Part shown: positions 1-8,983 of the stretch, piece after piece
Layout: each line of letters begins with the position of its first letter
Position numbering within the stretch: position 1 is the stretch's first letter
Assembly (NCBI GenBank): GCA_023487865.1
Contig: JAMDBG010000088.1
Coordinates: 1 to 56,200, forward strand
Length of the DNA: 56,200 nucleotides
Source: Deltaproteobacteria bacterium
GTDB taxonomy: Bacteria > Desulfobacterota > Syntrophia > Syntrophales > UBA5619
Reading direction: 5' to 3'
Translations under genes and position numbers: made by a program
Notes under the pieces: model-generated
Seen by the model: the letters and a program-made list of their open reading frames with translations, nothing else
Database searches by the model: none
Told to the model about the DNA's origin: nothing

Positions 1-1038
1 GATCTCATTTCGGATCGGTTTGATGGAATCTTCATCGTGCACGCGTGAAGGAACACGACCGGCAATTCCTTTCAAGATATCTCGTGATATATCGACAACA
101 TCGCTAATTACGGCGCTGGCAGTTGGCATCATTCCCGCGCCCTGACCATAGAGAAATATCGAATCGGCCGCGTCACCGATAATGTGAAATGCATTAAAGT
201 TACCATTGACATTGGCAAGAAGGTGATTGAACGGGATCATGGTCGGGTGAAGCCGCACTTCGATATCATTTCCTCTTTCGATTGCAATGGCCAAGAGCTT
301 GATACGATATCCGAGTTCCCTCGCAAACTCGATATCCTGTTCGCTGATATTCGAGATACCTTCGCGATATATATCATCAAGACGAACCTTTTTCCCATAG
401 GCCAGTGATAGAAGGATTGCCAGCTTGTGGGCTGCATCGATCCCCTCTATGTCATAAGAAGGATTGGCTTCGGCGAAACCAAGCGCTTGCGCCTCTTCAA
501 GGACCACAGTGAATGATTTACCTTCATCCGCCATCTTGCTGAGGATGTAATTGGACGTCCCATTTAAGATAGCATAGATTGATTGGATTCTGTTGGCAAT
601 CAGGCTTTCTTTGATCGTTTTGATAACCGGGATGGTACCTCCAACACTGGCTTCAAAGCCGATGTTGACCCCATGCCGGAGCGCAGCCTGAAAGATCTTG
701 TCCCCGTTCGTTGCAAGCAGGGCCTTGTTGGCCGTAACAACATGTTTTTTCCGGTGCATGGCATCGAGAATAAAAGTATTTGCCGGTTCATATCCACCCA
801 TGAGTTCAATGACGATACGAATTTCCTCATCACCTAGAATGTTATTTACATCAGTGGTTAGTATATCTTTTTCAACCGCTATCCCTCTAGATTTTACGAT
901 ATCGAGATCGGCAATCCTCTTGAGATAGATCTCTGCACCAACCCGTTCCGAAATGAGATCTCTATTTTTTTGAAGTAGTTTGACGACTCCAGTTCCTATG
1001 GTACCGAAACCGATAAGTCCTACGGCGATTTTTTTCAT
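1..1038 (-). CDS. hom: homoserine dehydrogenase (N-terminal ~346 aa; C-terminus lies beyond window start)
   Basis: Absent from the ORF track because it runs off the window. My reverse-strand translation from ATG 1038 gives MKKIAVGLIGFGTIGTGVVKLLQKNRDLISERVG...VVTANKALLA...GFEASVGGTIPVIKTIKE...ILNGTSNYILSKM...GFAEANPSYDIEGIDAAHKLAIL. These are the NAD-binding and catalytic blocks typical of homoserine dehydrogenase. Confidence 0.85.
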   Translation of the reverse strand, partial: MKKIAVGLIGFGTIGTGVVKLLQKNRDLISERVGAEIYLKRIADLDIVKSRGIAVEKDILTTDVNNILGDEEIRIVIELMGGYEPANTFILDAMHRKKHVVTANKALLATNGDKIFQAALRHGVNIGFEASVGGTIPVIKTIKESLIANRIQSIYAILNGTSNYILSKMADEGKSFTVVLEEAQALGFAEANPSYDIEGIDAAHKLAILLSLAYGKKVRLDDIYREGISNISEQDIEFARELGYRIKLLAIAIERGNDIEVRLHPTMIPFNHLLANVNGNFNAFHIIGDAADSIFLYGQGAGMMPTASAVISDVVDISRDILKGIAGRVPSRVHDEDSIKPIRNEI

Positions 1039-1141
1039 AATCAATGTACCTGATGACGAATATCACTTGTTAATTATCAATCTCGAAAATGCTGACAGTT
1101 TCTATACCAATTGGTCATGTTTTGTCAAAAGAATTCCACCT

Positions 1142-3592
1142 TCATCCGGTCTTTGCCAAATCCAGTCTACCTGCCCATCTTTTCGACAGTGTCTCCAAAA
1201 GTGAAAGATGACCCGTTTTCTCTAACCGTGGATCATCCTCCACGAGGGAGAAGGCGTCGTTCTTGGCGTGACTCAGGATACGAGCATCGCGAATGATATT
1301 GGCCACCCGAAAATCCGGCAGTCCTGCTTGTCTCGTTCCCATAAATTCTCCTGGGCCACGTATCATCAAATCCTCTTCGGCGATCCTAAAGCCATCGTTG
1401 GTTTCCTCCATTATCCGCAAACGGTTACGTGCGTCATCGGACCTGCTGTGGTGCGCCAGAAGAATGCAAAAAGAAGGGATATCGCTTCGTCCGACACGGC
1501 CCCTGAGTTGATGAAGCTGAGATAGGCCAAAACGTTCCGCATGTTCGATGACGATCAGCGATGCCTTCGGAACATCGATTCCAACTTCAATAACGGTCGT
1601 TGACACAAGAATTTGAATCTTCTTTCCGGTAAACGCCTCCATGACCTGATCTTTCTCGCAACCTCTCATACGTCCATGAATAAGTCCGATACGGCATTCC
1701 GGGAAAATGTCTTTCTGCAGATGCTCCGACATCTGCGTGGCATCTCTGAGATCTAGGCCTTCCGACTCTGCAACAAGCGGATAGACGATAAAGATTTGGT
1801 TTCCCTTCTGTACTTCACGACGGATGATATCGTAGACACGGTTCCTCTGTGTTTCGGAAAATATTTTTGTCATGATCTCTTTTTTGCCGGGCGGTAGTTC
1901 GTCAATGACCGAGATATCAAGATCTCCGTACACTGTCATTGCCAGTGTTCTCGGTATGGGAGTCGCAGTCATGACCAGTATATCCGGGACTATTCCTTTT
2001 TTTCGCAGCATCGATCTCTGGAGGACTCCGAAACGATGCTGTTCGTCGACGATTACCATACCCAAGTTCCGGAAAGAGACCTCGCCCTGAATGAGGGCGT
2101 GTGTACCGATGGCAATATCGATCTCACCTGTCATTAGCTTTGCCTGGATGTTTATTTTTTCAGCAGTCTTCAGACCGCCAGTCAAAAGTTCAATCCTTAG
2201 GCCGATTTTTTCCGACCAGACCTTCAGGTTGCGGTAATGCTGTTCCGCAAGAATTTCTGTAGGCGCCATCATTGTTGCCTGATAACCGTTCTCAGAAGCG
2301 ATGATCATTGCCGCCATAGCAACGATCGTTTTTCCGGATCCAACGTCACCCTGCAGAAGGCGGTTCATGCTCCGAATCGAGGTCATATCCTGTTGTATTT
2401 CAGAAATCACCCGTTGTTGCGCATTGGTCAGGTTGAACGGAAGGATTTCATAAAATCGTTTCAACATCTTTCCACCTGGTCTGAATGCGATCCCACGTTC
2501 AAGTAGTTCACCTCTTTTTCTCAAGGCCATCCCCAGTTGGAAAAAAAAGAATTCATCGTAGATCAGGCTTCTGTGAGCATCCGAGCGGTTCTCCTGATAG
2601 GCTTCAATCTCTTGATCGGCAGCAGGAAAATGGACTTGACAGATGGCGTCTCGGATCGACATGAGCTTGCGTTTCCGGATTATCTCTTCCGGAATATGAC
2701 TCTCAAGATGAGATGCATAATCTCTTACTACATGCCACATGATCCGGCGCAATGTTTTCTGGTGTAATCCTTCCATTTCCGAATACACAGGAACGATTCT
2801 TTTAAAATGGAGGAGCTGATCTTCACTGTCGTCAAGGATTTCAAAGTCTGGATGGATCATCTCCCTTTCAAAGGGAAATCCGGTGACCTTGCCGGTTAGA
2901 ATAATACGCTTCTCCGGTTTGAAAGTGCCTCTCAGGAAGGCCTCCCGCCCCTTGAACCATTTGGCCTTCAAAGTTCCATAACCATCATCAACCGTGACCT
3001 CGAAGATCTTTCTTCTGCCGTAAAAATGGATGTCTGCGAAGGTAATCTTTCCTGAAATAGTCTGTTTGATTCCGGGAACCGTTTCCGTAATCCGGCAAAC
3101 CATGCGCCGGTCTTCATAGTGCCGTGGGAGGAAGTAGAGCATGTCTTCAATGGTAGTCAGATTTTTTTTTGCCAGAAGCTCCGCCATCCGGGAACCAACA
3201 CCCCGAACAGACACAATCGGTAGAGAAAGTGTAGTATGACGCTCTTCTTTTTGTATCGGCGACCAATGGTCCTTCTCATGGATCACACTTAGATTTCCCG
3301 CTATTGCCTTAAGGGAGGATACATGACCAACCGCCTCGGCAAGACGTTTTTTTTTCTGCTCCTGGGGTGCGCTTTCATAGCCAGCGAAGAGTTTTAGCAA
3401 GGCGTAAGAAAGACGATCCATTTCATCGCTCTGCTGTTGTGGTTGGTTATGTAGTTCTTCTCGGAAATGTCGTAACAGAAAAGTCATAACCCTCTCCAGA
3501 TTCTTTACGAACGGCAAGCGTTCATATGCATTTCCCACAGCAAAGAGAAGAGGCGCTTCCATTTTTTTTACTATTATTTTCAAGGATTCCAT
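1142..3592 (-). CDS. recG: ATP-dependent DNA helicase RecG (with ~120-aa N-terminal extension)
   Basis: 816-aa ORF. Shows the wedge-domain region (MLYFLPRHYEDRR), Walker A GDVGSGKT, box II VDEQHRFG and motif VI QLHQLRGRVGR. Confidence 0.9.
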   Translation of the reverse strand: MESLKIIVKKMEAPLLFAVGNAYERLPFVKNLERVMTFLLRHFREELHNQPQQQSDEMDRLSYALLKLFAGYESAPQEQKKKRLAEAVGHVSSLKAIAGNLSVIHEKDHWSPIQKEERHTTLSLPIVSVRGVGSRMAELLAKKNLTTIEDMLYFLPRHYEDRRMVCRITETVPGIKQTISGKITFADIHFYGRRKIFEVTVDDGYGTLKAKWFKGREAFLRGTFKPEKRIILTGKVTGFPFEREMIHPDFEILDDSEDQLLHFKRIVPVYSEMEGLHQKTLRRIMWHVVRDYASHLESHIPEEIIRKRKLMSIRDAICQVHFPAADQEIEAYQENRSDAHRSLIYDEFFFFQLGMALRKRGELLERGIAFRPGGKMLKRFYEILPFNLTNAQQRVISEIQQDMTSIRSMNRLLQGDVGSGKTIVAMAAMIIASENGYQATMMAPTEILAEQHYRNLKVWSEKIGLRIELLTGGLKTAEKINIQAKLMTGEIDIAIGTHALIQGEVSFRNLGMVIVDEQHRFGVLQRSMLRKKGIVPDILVMTATPIPRTLAMTVYGDLDISVIDELPPGKKEIMTKIFSETQRNRVYDIIRREVQKGNQIFIVYPLVAESEGLDLRDATQMSEHLQKDIFPECRIGLIHGRMRGCEKDQVMEAFTGKKIQILVSTTVIEVGIDVPKASLIVIEHAERFGLSQLHQLRGRVGRSDIPSFCILLAHHSRSDDARNRLRIMEETNDGFRIAEEDLMIRGPGEFMGTRQAGLPDFRVANIIRDARILSHAKNDAFSLVEDDPRLEKTGHLSLLETLSKRWAGRLDLAKTG

Positions 3593-3835
3593 ATCTACCG
3601 TAACGGTTATAATTGTGAATCATGCAATAATATCATATAGAAAGCGTTTTAATAGTTAGCAGATATATGTAATTTCCGCAAGGAATGAATTGACTTCGAA
3701 GGGGGTTTGCATTAAAAGATTCTTAAAATTTTGAAGAGGGTATAGAAGTTTTTTTACATATCCATCGGTTTTTTGTAGACGTCAAAAAAGATCCTTTTTG
3801 TTTTTTCCGACAAGTTTACCGATAATGGAGTTTAT

Positions 3836-4879
3836 ATGCAAAAAAAAGTGACATACAAAGATGCGGGTGTCGATATAGAACGGGCGAACACCTTTATTGA
3901 AAGGATCAAACCGCTCATCAAAGCCTCTTCTCGCCGTGAGGTGATGAGCGGTATCGGCGGCTTCGGCGGTCTATTTCATCTGGATGTTGGTAAAATAAAA
4001 GATCCTGTTCTCGTATCCTCAACCGACGGTGTGGGGACGAAACTGAAAATCGCCCAACTGATGGACAAACATGACACCGTAGGAATTGACCTCGTGGCTA
4101 TGTCGGTAAATGACGTTGTTGTTCAGGGAGCGGAGCCGCTTTTCTTTTTGGATTACATGGCGGCAGGGAAAATTTGTGTAGACACGAGTGTTCAGATTGT
4201 GAAGGGAATTGTACGGGGATGCCAAGAGGCAGGTTGTGCTTTGATCGGTGGCGAAACAGCTGAGATGCCTGGATTCTATCCCGACGGAGAGTATGATTTG
4301 GCCGGATTTTGCGTTGGTATGGTTGATGCTGATAAACTCATCGATGGCTCCGAGATTCGTGTCGGTGACAGAATCATTGGTATTGCCTCATCGGGCATGC
4401 ACAGTAACGGTTTTTCCTTGGCCAGGCGTGTGCTTTTTGAGGATGGAAATCTTCATCCCGATGAACGGATCGAAGGCTTGGAACAATCGATAGGCATGGA
4501 GCTTCTCCAACCAACGAGAATTTATGTAAAATCGATTCTGAACCTCATCAAGAACTTCAGCATTCGCGGAATAGTCCACATCACCGGTGGCGGTTTCTTA
4601 GATAATATCCCCAGAATCGTTCCCGGACCCTGTCGGGCAGTCATTCGGAAAGGAAGTTGGCCTATCCCGCCGATTTTTGATTTGATCCGTAAGAGAGGGA
4701 ATATTGACAATACGGAGATGCTCAGAGTGTTCAACATGGGTATCGGCATGATCCTCATAGTATCTGAAAAGGACCATGCAGAAATACTGGAGAGGCTCGA
4801 AAAACTGGGTGAAAGTGCCTATTCTATCGGGACTGTTGAAAAGCGTGAAAAAAATCAGCCCATGGTCGTGTTTACATAG
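3836..4879 (+). CDS. purM: phosphoribosylformylglycinamidine cyclo-ligase (AIR synthetase)
   Basis: 347-aa ORF with YKDAGVDIERAN, GGFGGLF, STDGVGTKL and GGETAEMPG blocks. Sits immediately upstream of purN. Confidence 0.95.
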   Translation: MQKKVTYKDAGVDIERANTFIERIKPLIKASSRREVMSGIGGFGGLFHLDVGKIKDPVLVSSTDGVGTKLKIAQLMDKHDTVGIDLVAMSVNDVVVQGAEPLFFLDYMAAGKICVDTSVQIVKGIVRGCQEAGCALIGGETAEMPGFYPDGEYDLAGFCVGMVDADKLIDGSEIRVGDRIIGIASSGMHSNGFSLARRVLFEDGNLHPDERIEGLEQSIGMELLQPTRIYVKSILNLIKNFSIRGIVHITGGGFLDNIPRIVPGPCRAVIRKGSWPIPPIFDLIRKRGNIDNTEMLRVFNMGIGMILIVSEKDHAEILERLEKLGESAYSIGTVEKREKNQPMVVFT

Positions 4880-4885
4880 AATGGA

Positions 4886-5560
4886 ATGCACTCAATGCTG
4901 AAAAAGGTTTGTATCGGTGTCCTCGTTTCGGGAAGCGGCTCGAATCTTCAGTCTATCATCGATCATATCGAATCCGGCACCTTGGATGCGGAAATCAAAA
5001 TAGTCATCAGCAATAATCCTGATGCCTTTGCCCTCGACAGATGTAAAAAACATCAAATATGCGCGATGGTGGTCGATCATCGGCAATTCGATTCCCGTGA
5101 GAGTTATGATCGCCAGATGATCGCAATACTGGAATCCTCAGGTGTAGAATTGGTGGTAATGGCCGGTTTTATGCGAATTCTCTCCTCCGAATTCTTTCGG
5201 GCGTATCCCCGCCGGATCATGAACATCCATCCGGCTCTGCTCCCCGCGTTTCCAGGCACTCATGTTCAGAAAAAAGCAGTCGAATACGGAGTAAAATTTG
5301 CAGGATGCACAGTCCATTTTGCCGATGAAGGGGTCGATACGGGGCCGATAATCATCCAATCGGTGGTCCCAGTATATGAGGATGATACCACCGATACACT
5401 CGCTGCACGCATATTGAAGGAGGAACATCGAATATATCCGCAGGCCATTCAATATTATGCGGAGGGCAGGATCAAGATTCAAGGCTGCAAAGTCTTTATT
5501 CATAATACACATCGGTTGGCCGAAAAAGCATTGCATAATCCTCCGCTGACGCGGTTTTAG
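4886..5560 (+). CDS. purN: phosphoribosylglycinamide formyltransferase
   Basis: 224-aa ORF with VLVSGSGSNLQSII and NIHPALLPAFPG formyltransferase motifs. The start could be the ATG at 4895 (MLKK...). Confidence 0.9.
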   Translation: MHSMLKKVCIGVLVSGSGSNLQSIIDHIESGTLDAEIKIVISNNPDAFALDRCKKHQICAMVVDHRQFDSRESYDRQMIAILESSGVELVVMAGFMRILSSEFFRAYPRRIMNIHPALLPAFPGTHVQKKAVEYGVKFAGCTVHFADEGVDTGPIIIQSVVPVYEDDTTDTLAARILKEEHRIYPQAIQYYAEGRIKIQGCKVFIHNTHRLAEKALHNPPLTRF

Positions 5561-5628
5561 TTTATTTCTTTCCTTCATAAAGGGATGATAGATTTCATAT
5601 CATATTCATTTCTTATTCGGTACAAGCA

Positions 5629-7083
5629 ATGTATGATGTCATTGTAATCGGCCGTGATTTGAGTTCGTTGATAGCCGCTCTGGCTTCAGCTCGCCATGGT
5701 CGAAAAACAATTCTTGTCAATGAAGGTAAGCTTGAAACGGAGTATCGTGAAGCCGGATATGTTTTTCCGATCGATCCGACGCCCCTTTCAGGTTTCGGAG
5801 AAGGTCAGACTATCGATCGTCTTGTCAAAGAACTGCAATTGACCTCTGATACTATTCCTCTGCCCCCTGTCCTGGATCCAGCCTTACAGGTGATCTTTAC
5901 CGACCATCGGGTTAATCTTTTTCATGACCGTGAACAGCTGATTGTCGATTTGGTCCGCGAATTCCCTCGTCGTGAAAAGGAGATCAGGCACTTCTATCAT
6001 GCTGTTTCTAAGTCTGAAATACTTGTCAAACGTTGGATTAGCGAAAATCATAAGTCCCAGTCGCATGATCTCATGAACTTCTTCCGCGGACTGCTTCGTC
6101 TTCCCTCTGCTTTTGCAGGTCGCTCCTCATTGGACATCCGGGGAAATCCAGATGACGAAGTATTTACAAAGGTCATTGAAGCACAGTACACTCTTCTATC
6201 AAATTTGGATTGCAGTCATTACCCTTTTCCCCTTTCCGCAGCACAACTTATTGCCCTCCCCCAAAGCGGTTTTTACCATCCTTATGGCAGGATTTCCTGG
6301 ATGACTTGGCTATGCAAGGAATTCACCGATGCCGGGGGTATTTTGATAAACGATTGTTCCGTGATGCGCATCGATACAAATCCGGATATTATTATCGATT
6401 TGGAGAGTGCTGGAAACTCCCTGACCATCCGAGGTAAGAAGCTCATCGTGAGCGCTCAATGGGAAAAATTAAAACTCCTGCTGTTGCATCAGAAGATTTT
6501 CCGGCGCCTGTTGCATAAGCTGGATTCGGTCCGCCCCATGCTGTTTCCCTTTTGCCTCCATCTTGGAGTCCATACAGGAGGCCTTCCGGAATCGTTGTCT
6601 AGCTATGCAGTTGTGATTCGGGATGAAACAAAACCTGCAACGGACCAAAATCTCGTATTTATTTTATCAAGCCGTCCCCGTAATACGGAACATGCGCCGG
6701 AAGGGAGACAAGCAATCACAGTTATGGTTTTTCTGAAAGATTCTCCTCTTATGTTGACCGATTTGGAACTCAAAGGAATCGCCAAGTCCATCATCGATTC
6801 TCTTGAAGGATTTCTACCGTTTCTTCGGGAGAGCATCGATTTTGTCAATATTGAAAAATCAATTGAATTATCTAGACTTTTACAGGAAATTGTCTGCCAG
6901 AAGTATCGCCCCCGAAAGGGAACGGTTATCGGAATAAATACCCTCTCACCGAAAACCCCTCTGTACAATGTCCTACTGACCGGAGGGATATTGAGGGCCG
7001 GACTCGGTTTTGAGGGAGAAATCCACGCTGGTTTGGACGCCGCCTTTTTGACTGGAATGGAGATTCAAAGCCATGCACGATAA
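5629..7083 (+). CDS. CrtI/phytoene-desaturase-like FAD-dependent oxidoreductase family protein with a degenerate dinucleotide-binding motif
   Basis: 484-aa ORF. The N-terminus YDVIVIGRDLSSLIAALASARHGRKTILVNE aligns to the YDvvVIGaGxgGL Rossmann start but reads G-R-D-L-S-S. The C-terminus LTGGILRAGLGFEGEIHAGLDAA resembles the CrtI-family tail. Its last 11 nt overlap pfk. Confidence 0.55.
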   Translation: MYDVIVIGRDLSSLIAALASARHGRKTILVNEGKLETEYREAGYVFPIDPTPLSGFGEGQTIDRLVKELQLTSDTIPLPPVLDPALQVIFTDHRVNLFHDREQLIVDLVREFPRREKEIRHFYHAVSKSEILVKRWISENHKSQSHDLMNFFRGLLRLPSAFAGRSSLDIRGNPDDEVFTKVIEAQYTLLSNLDCSHYPFPLSAAQLIALPQSGFYHPYGRISWMTWLCKEFTDAGGILINDCSVMRIDTNPDIIIDLESAGNSLTIRGKKLIVSAQWEKLKLLLLHQKIFRRLLHKLDSVRPMLFPFCLHLGVHTGGLPESLSSYAVVIRDETKPATDQNLVFILSSRPRNTEHAPEGRQAITVMVFLKDSPLMLTDLELKGIAKSIIDSLEGFLPFLRESIDFVNIEKSIELSRLLQEIVCQKYRPRKGTVIGINTLSPKTPLYNVLLTGGILRAGLGFEGEIHAGLDAAFLTGMEIQSHAR

Positions 7084-8386
7084 AATGCAGTACGATTTTA
7101 CCATTCAGAGCCTGGGAGAGTGCACCATCCCTTCCCCCGTAAGCGTCAGTTATTTCACATCCAATGAAAAAAGGATACTCTTCAATATCTACCTCAATCA
7201 ATACGAACGATTGAAGTCATCGGACGGGCACCCTCTTTCTGTTGAAGTGGCTGGGCCGCGGGAGAAGATATTTTTTGATCCTTCCAAGACCAAGGCGGCC
7301 GTAGTAACATGTGGCGGACTCTGTCCGGGCATCAACGATGTGATCCGAGCGCTGGTTATGGAGCTCTATCACCGCTATGGGGTTGAGAATATTGTCGGAA
7401 TAAGATACGGCTTTCAGGGTCTGATCCCAAAATATGGGCATGCCTTTATGGAATTAACCCCGGAAGTCGTCAAGGATATCCATACTGTAGGCGGGAGCAT
7501 TCTCGGTTCTTCACGCGGAAGGCAGGATATCGGAGAGATGTCCAACGCCATCAGACGTATGAATATTGATCTCCTGTTTTGTATCGGAGGGGATGGTACG
7601 ATGAGGGCCACGGAATGCATCACGGAGGAAATCAACCGGCGGTGTCATAATATCAGCGTCATCGGCATACCAAAGACCATCGACAATGACCTGAATTTGA
7701 TCCAGAAGACATTTGGATTTGACACAGCCATCTCCGAGTCGGTTAAAGCAATCCAGTGCGCTCACGTCGAGGCCAAGGGGGCACCAAACGGAATCGGGCT
7801 GGTCAAGATCATGGGACGCCAGTCTGGTCATATCGCTGCCGGTGCCGCTCTTGCGCAAAGCGATGTCAATATCGTCCTGATTCCTGAAGTTCCTTTTGAT
7901 CTGGAAGGCGAGAGTGGTTTTCTGAGGACACTCGAAAATCGCTTACAAGTAAGCTCGCATTGTGTGATCCTTGTGGCCGAAGGTGCCGGACAGGAACACA
8001 TTAGAAAATTGGGTGAAGTGATTGAGACAGACGCCTCGGGAAATCCTCGTCTGCTAGATGTCGGCCTCTTCCTGAAAGCCAGAATTGAAGATTATTTTCA
8101 GAAGAAAAACATCGAAATCAATCTTAAATATATCGATCCTAGCTATACGATCCGCAGCGTACCGGCAAACGCCAGTGATAGCATGTACTGCGGCGCTCTC
8201 GGTCAGTATGCGGTTCATGCCGGCATGGCGGGCAAAACGGGCATGCTCGTTGGTCTGATGAAGGACGAATACGTTCACATTCCCCTTAAAATGGTTACTT
8301 CTGGAACAAAAGTGGATACCGGCGGAAATGTATGGATGCGGGTGCTCGAAACGACAGGGCAGCCGCCATCAATGAAAAACAGTTAG
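7073..8386 (+). CDS. pfk: 6-phosphofructokinase (long ~440-aa PFK clade; phosphoryl donor not assignable by eye)
   Basis: 437-aa ORF with TCGGLCPGINDV, IGGDGT, IPKTIDNDL and MGRQSGHIA. GGAGA lies ~10 nt upstream of the ATG at 7073. Confidence 0.9.
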   Translation: MHDKMQYDFTIQSLGECTIPSPVSVSYFTSNEKRILFNIYLNQYERLKSSDGHPLSVEVAGPREKIFFDPSKTKAAVVTCGGLCPGINDVIRALVMELYHRYGVENIVGIRYGFQGLIPKYGHAFMELTPEVVKDIHTVGGSILGSSRGRQDIGEMSNAIRRMNIDLLFCIGGDGTMRATECITEEINRRCHNISVIGIPKTIDNDLNLIQKTFGFDTAISESVKAIQCAHVEAKGAPNGIGLVKIMGRQSGHIAAGAALAQSDVNIVLIPEVPFDLEGESGFLRTLENRLQVSSHCVILVAEGAGQEHIRKLGEVIETDASGNPRLLDVGLFLKARIEDYFQKKNIEINLKYIDPSYTIRSVPANASDSMYCGALGQYAVHAGMAGKTGMLVGLMKDEYVHIPLKMVTSGTKVDTGGNVWMRVLETTGQPPSMKNS

Positions 8387-8467
8387 AATCAATCGGCAGG
8401 TCAATTGATACGGCATCAACTCCATTGATAGTTGGCTTGCTCTGATCCTGTTTGCAGAACTATCCAA

Positions 8468-8497
8468 TTGACAGTATATTATATTGATTTTTATAGA
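8468..8497 (+). promoter_or_regulatory. sigma70-like promoter candidate for rpmB
   Basis: TTGACA (8468-8473), 18-nt spacer, TATAGA (8492-8497), about 75 nt upstream of rpmB. Confidence 0.3.
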
Positions 8498-8571
8498 TTC
8501 TTTAAAAAATGCTTGCAATCTGAAGAGATTTGGTTTAGGAACCACCAGCATTTCAGAGAGGAGTTTTACGT

Positions 8572-8769
8572 ATGTCGAGAATCTGTGAGATATGTGGGAA
8601 AAAACCGATAAAAGGTCATAAAGTTAGCCATGCCAATAATAAAAGCGCGAAGATCTGGTACCCCAATCTGCAGAAGATCCGGTGTATCGACGACAAATCA
8701 GGAGCCGTGAAGCGTGTGAAGGCCTGCACCCGATGCATCCGTTCCGGCTTTCTCAAGAAGGCGGTTTAA
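8572..8769 (+). CDS. rpmB: 50S ribosomal protein L28
   Basis: 65-aa [35 protein letters not shown], the L28 signature. Strong RBS GAGAGGAG upstream. Confidence 0.95.
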   Translation: MSRICEICGKKPIKGHKVSHANNKSAKIWYPNLQKIRCIDDKSGAVKRVKACTRCIRSGFLKKAV

Positions 8770-8794
8770 GCGGAAATCTCCTGCAGAACAAATT

Positions 8795-8838
8795 AAGGCC
8801 GGGACAGCCTGTGGAGGCTCTTCCGGCCTTTGTCATTT
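8795..8838 (+). terminator. candidate intrinsic terminator after rpmB
   Basis: AAGGCCGGGA (8795-8804) pairs 9/10 with TTCCGGCCTT (8821-8830) across a 16-nt loop, followed by TGTCATTT. The U-tract is weak. Confidence 0.4.
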
Positions 8839-8937
8839 CGCCTCTTGCCAGATCACTTATTATCCCTGGAAGCTGCCGCTATGATAAACTTTTTTAGATC
8901 CATAAGTTTAATCTGAAAAATGCCGTACAATCTTCTC

Positions 8938-8965
8938 TTGACATCAAAACCTGCCTTGATATGAT
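8938..8965 (+). promoter_or_regulatory. sigma70-like promoter candidate for recJ
   Basis: TTGACA (8938-8943), 16-nt spacer, TATGAT (8960-8965). It lies only ~20 nt upstream of the TTG start at 8984. Confidence 0.4.
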
Positions 8966-8983
8966 CATGACGCTAAGAGGCAT

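Noticed and set aside
3593-3835. Possible purine or ZTP riboswitch upstream of purM.
   Set aside because: The region is A+T-rich, has no conserved riboswitch core or terminator, and looks like a plain divergent promoter region.
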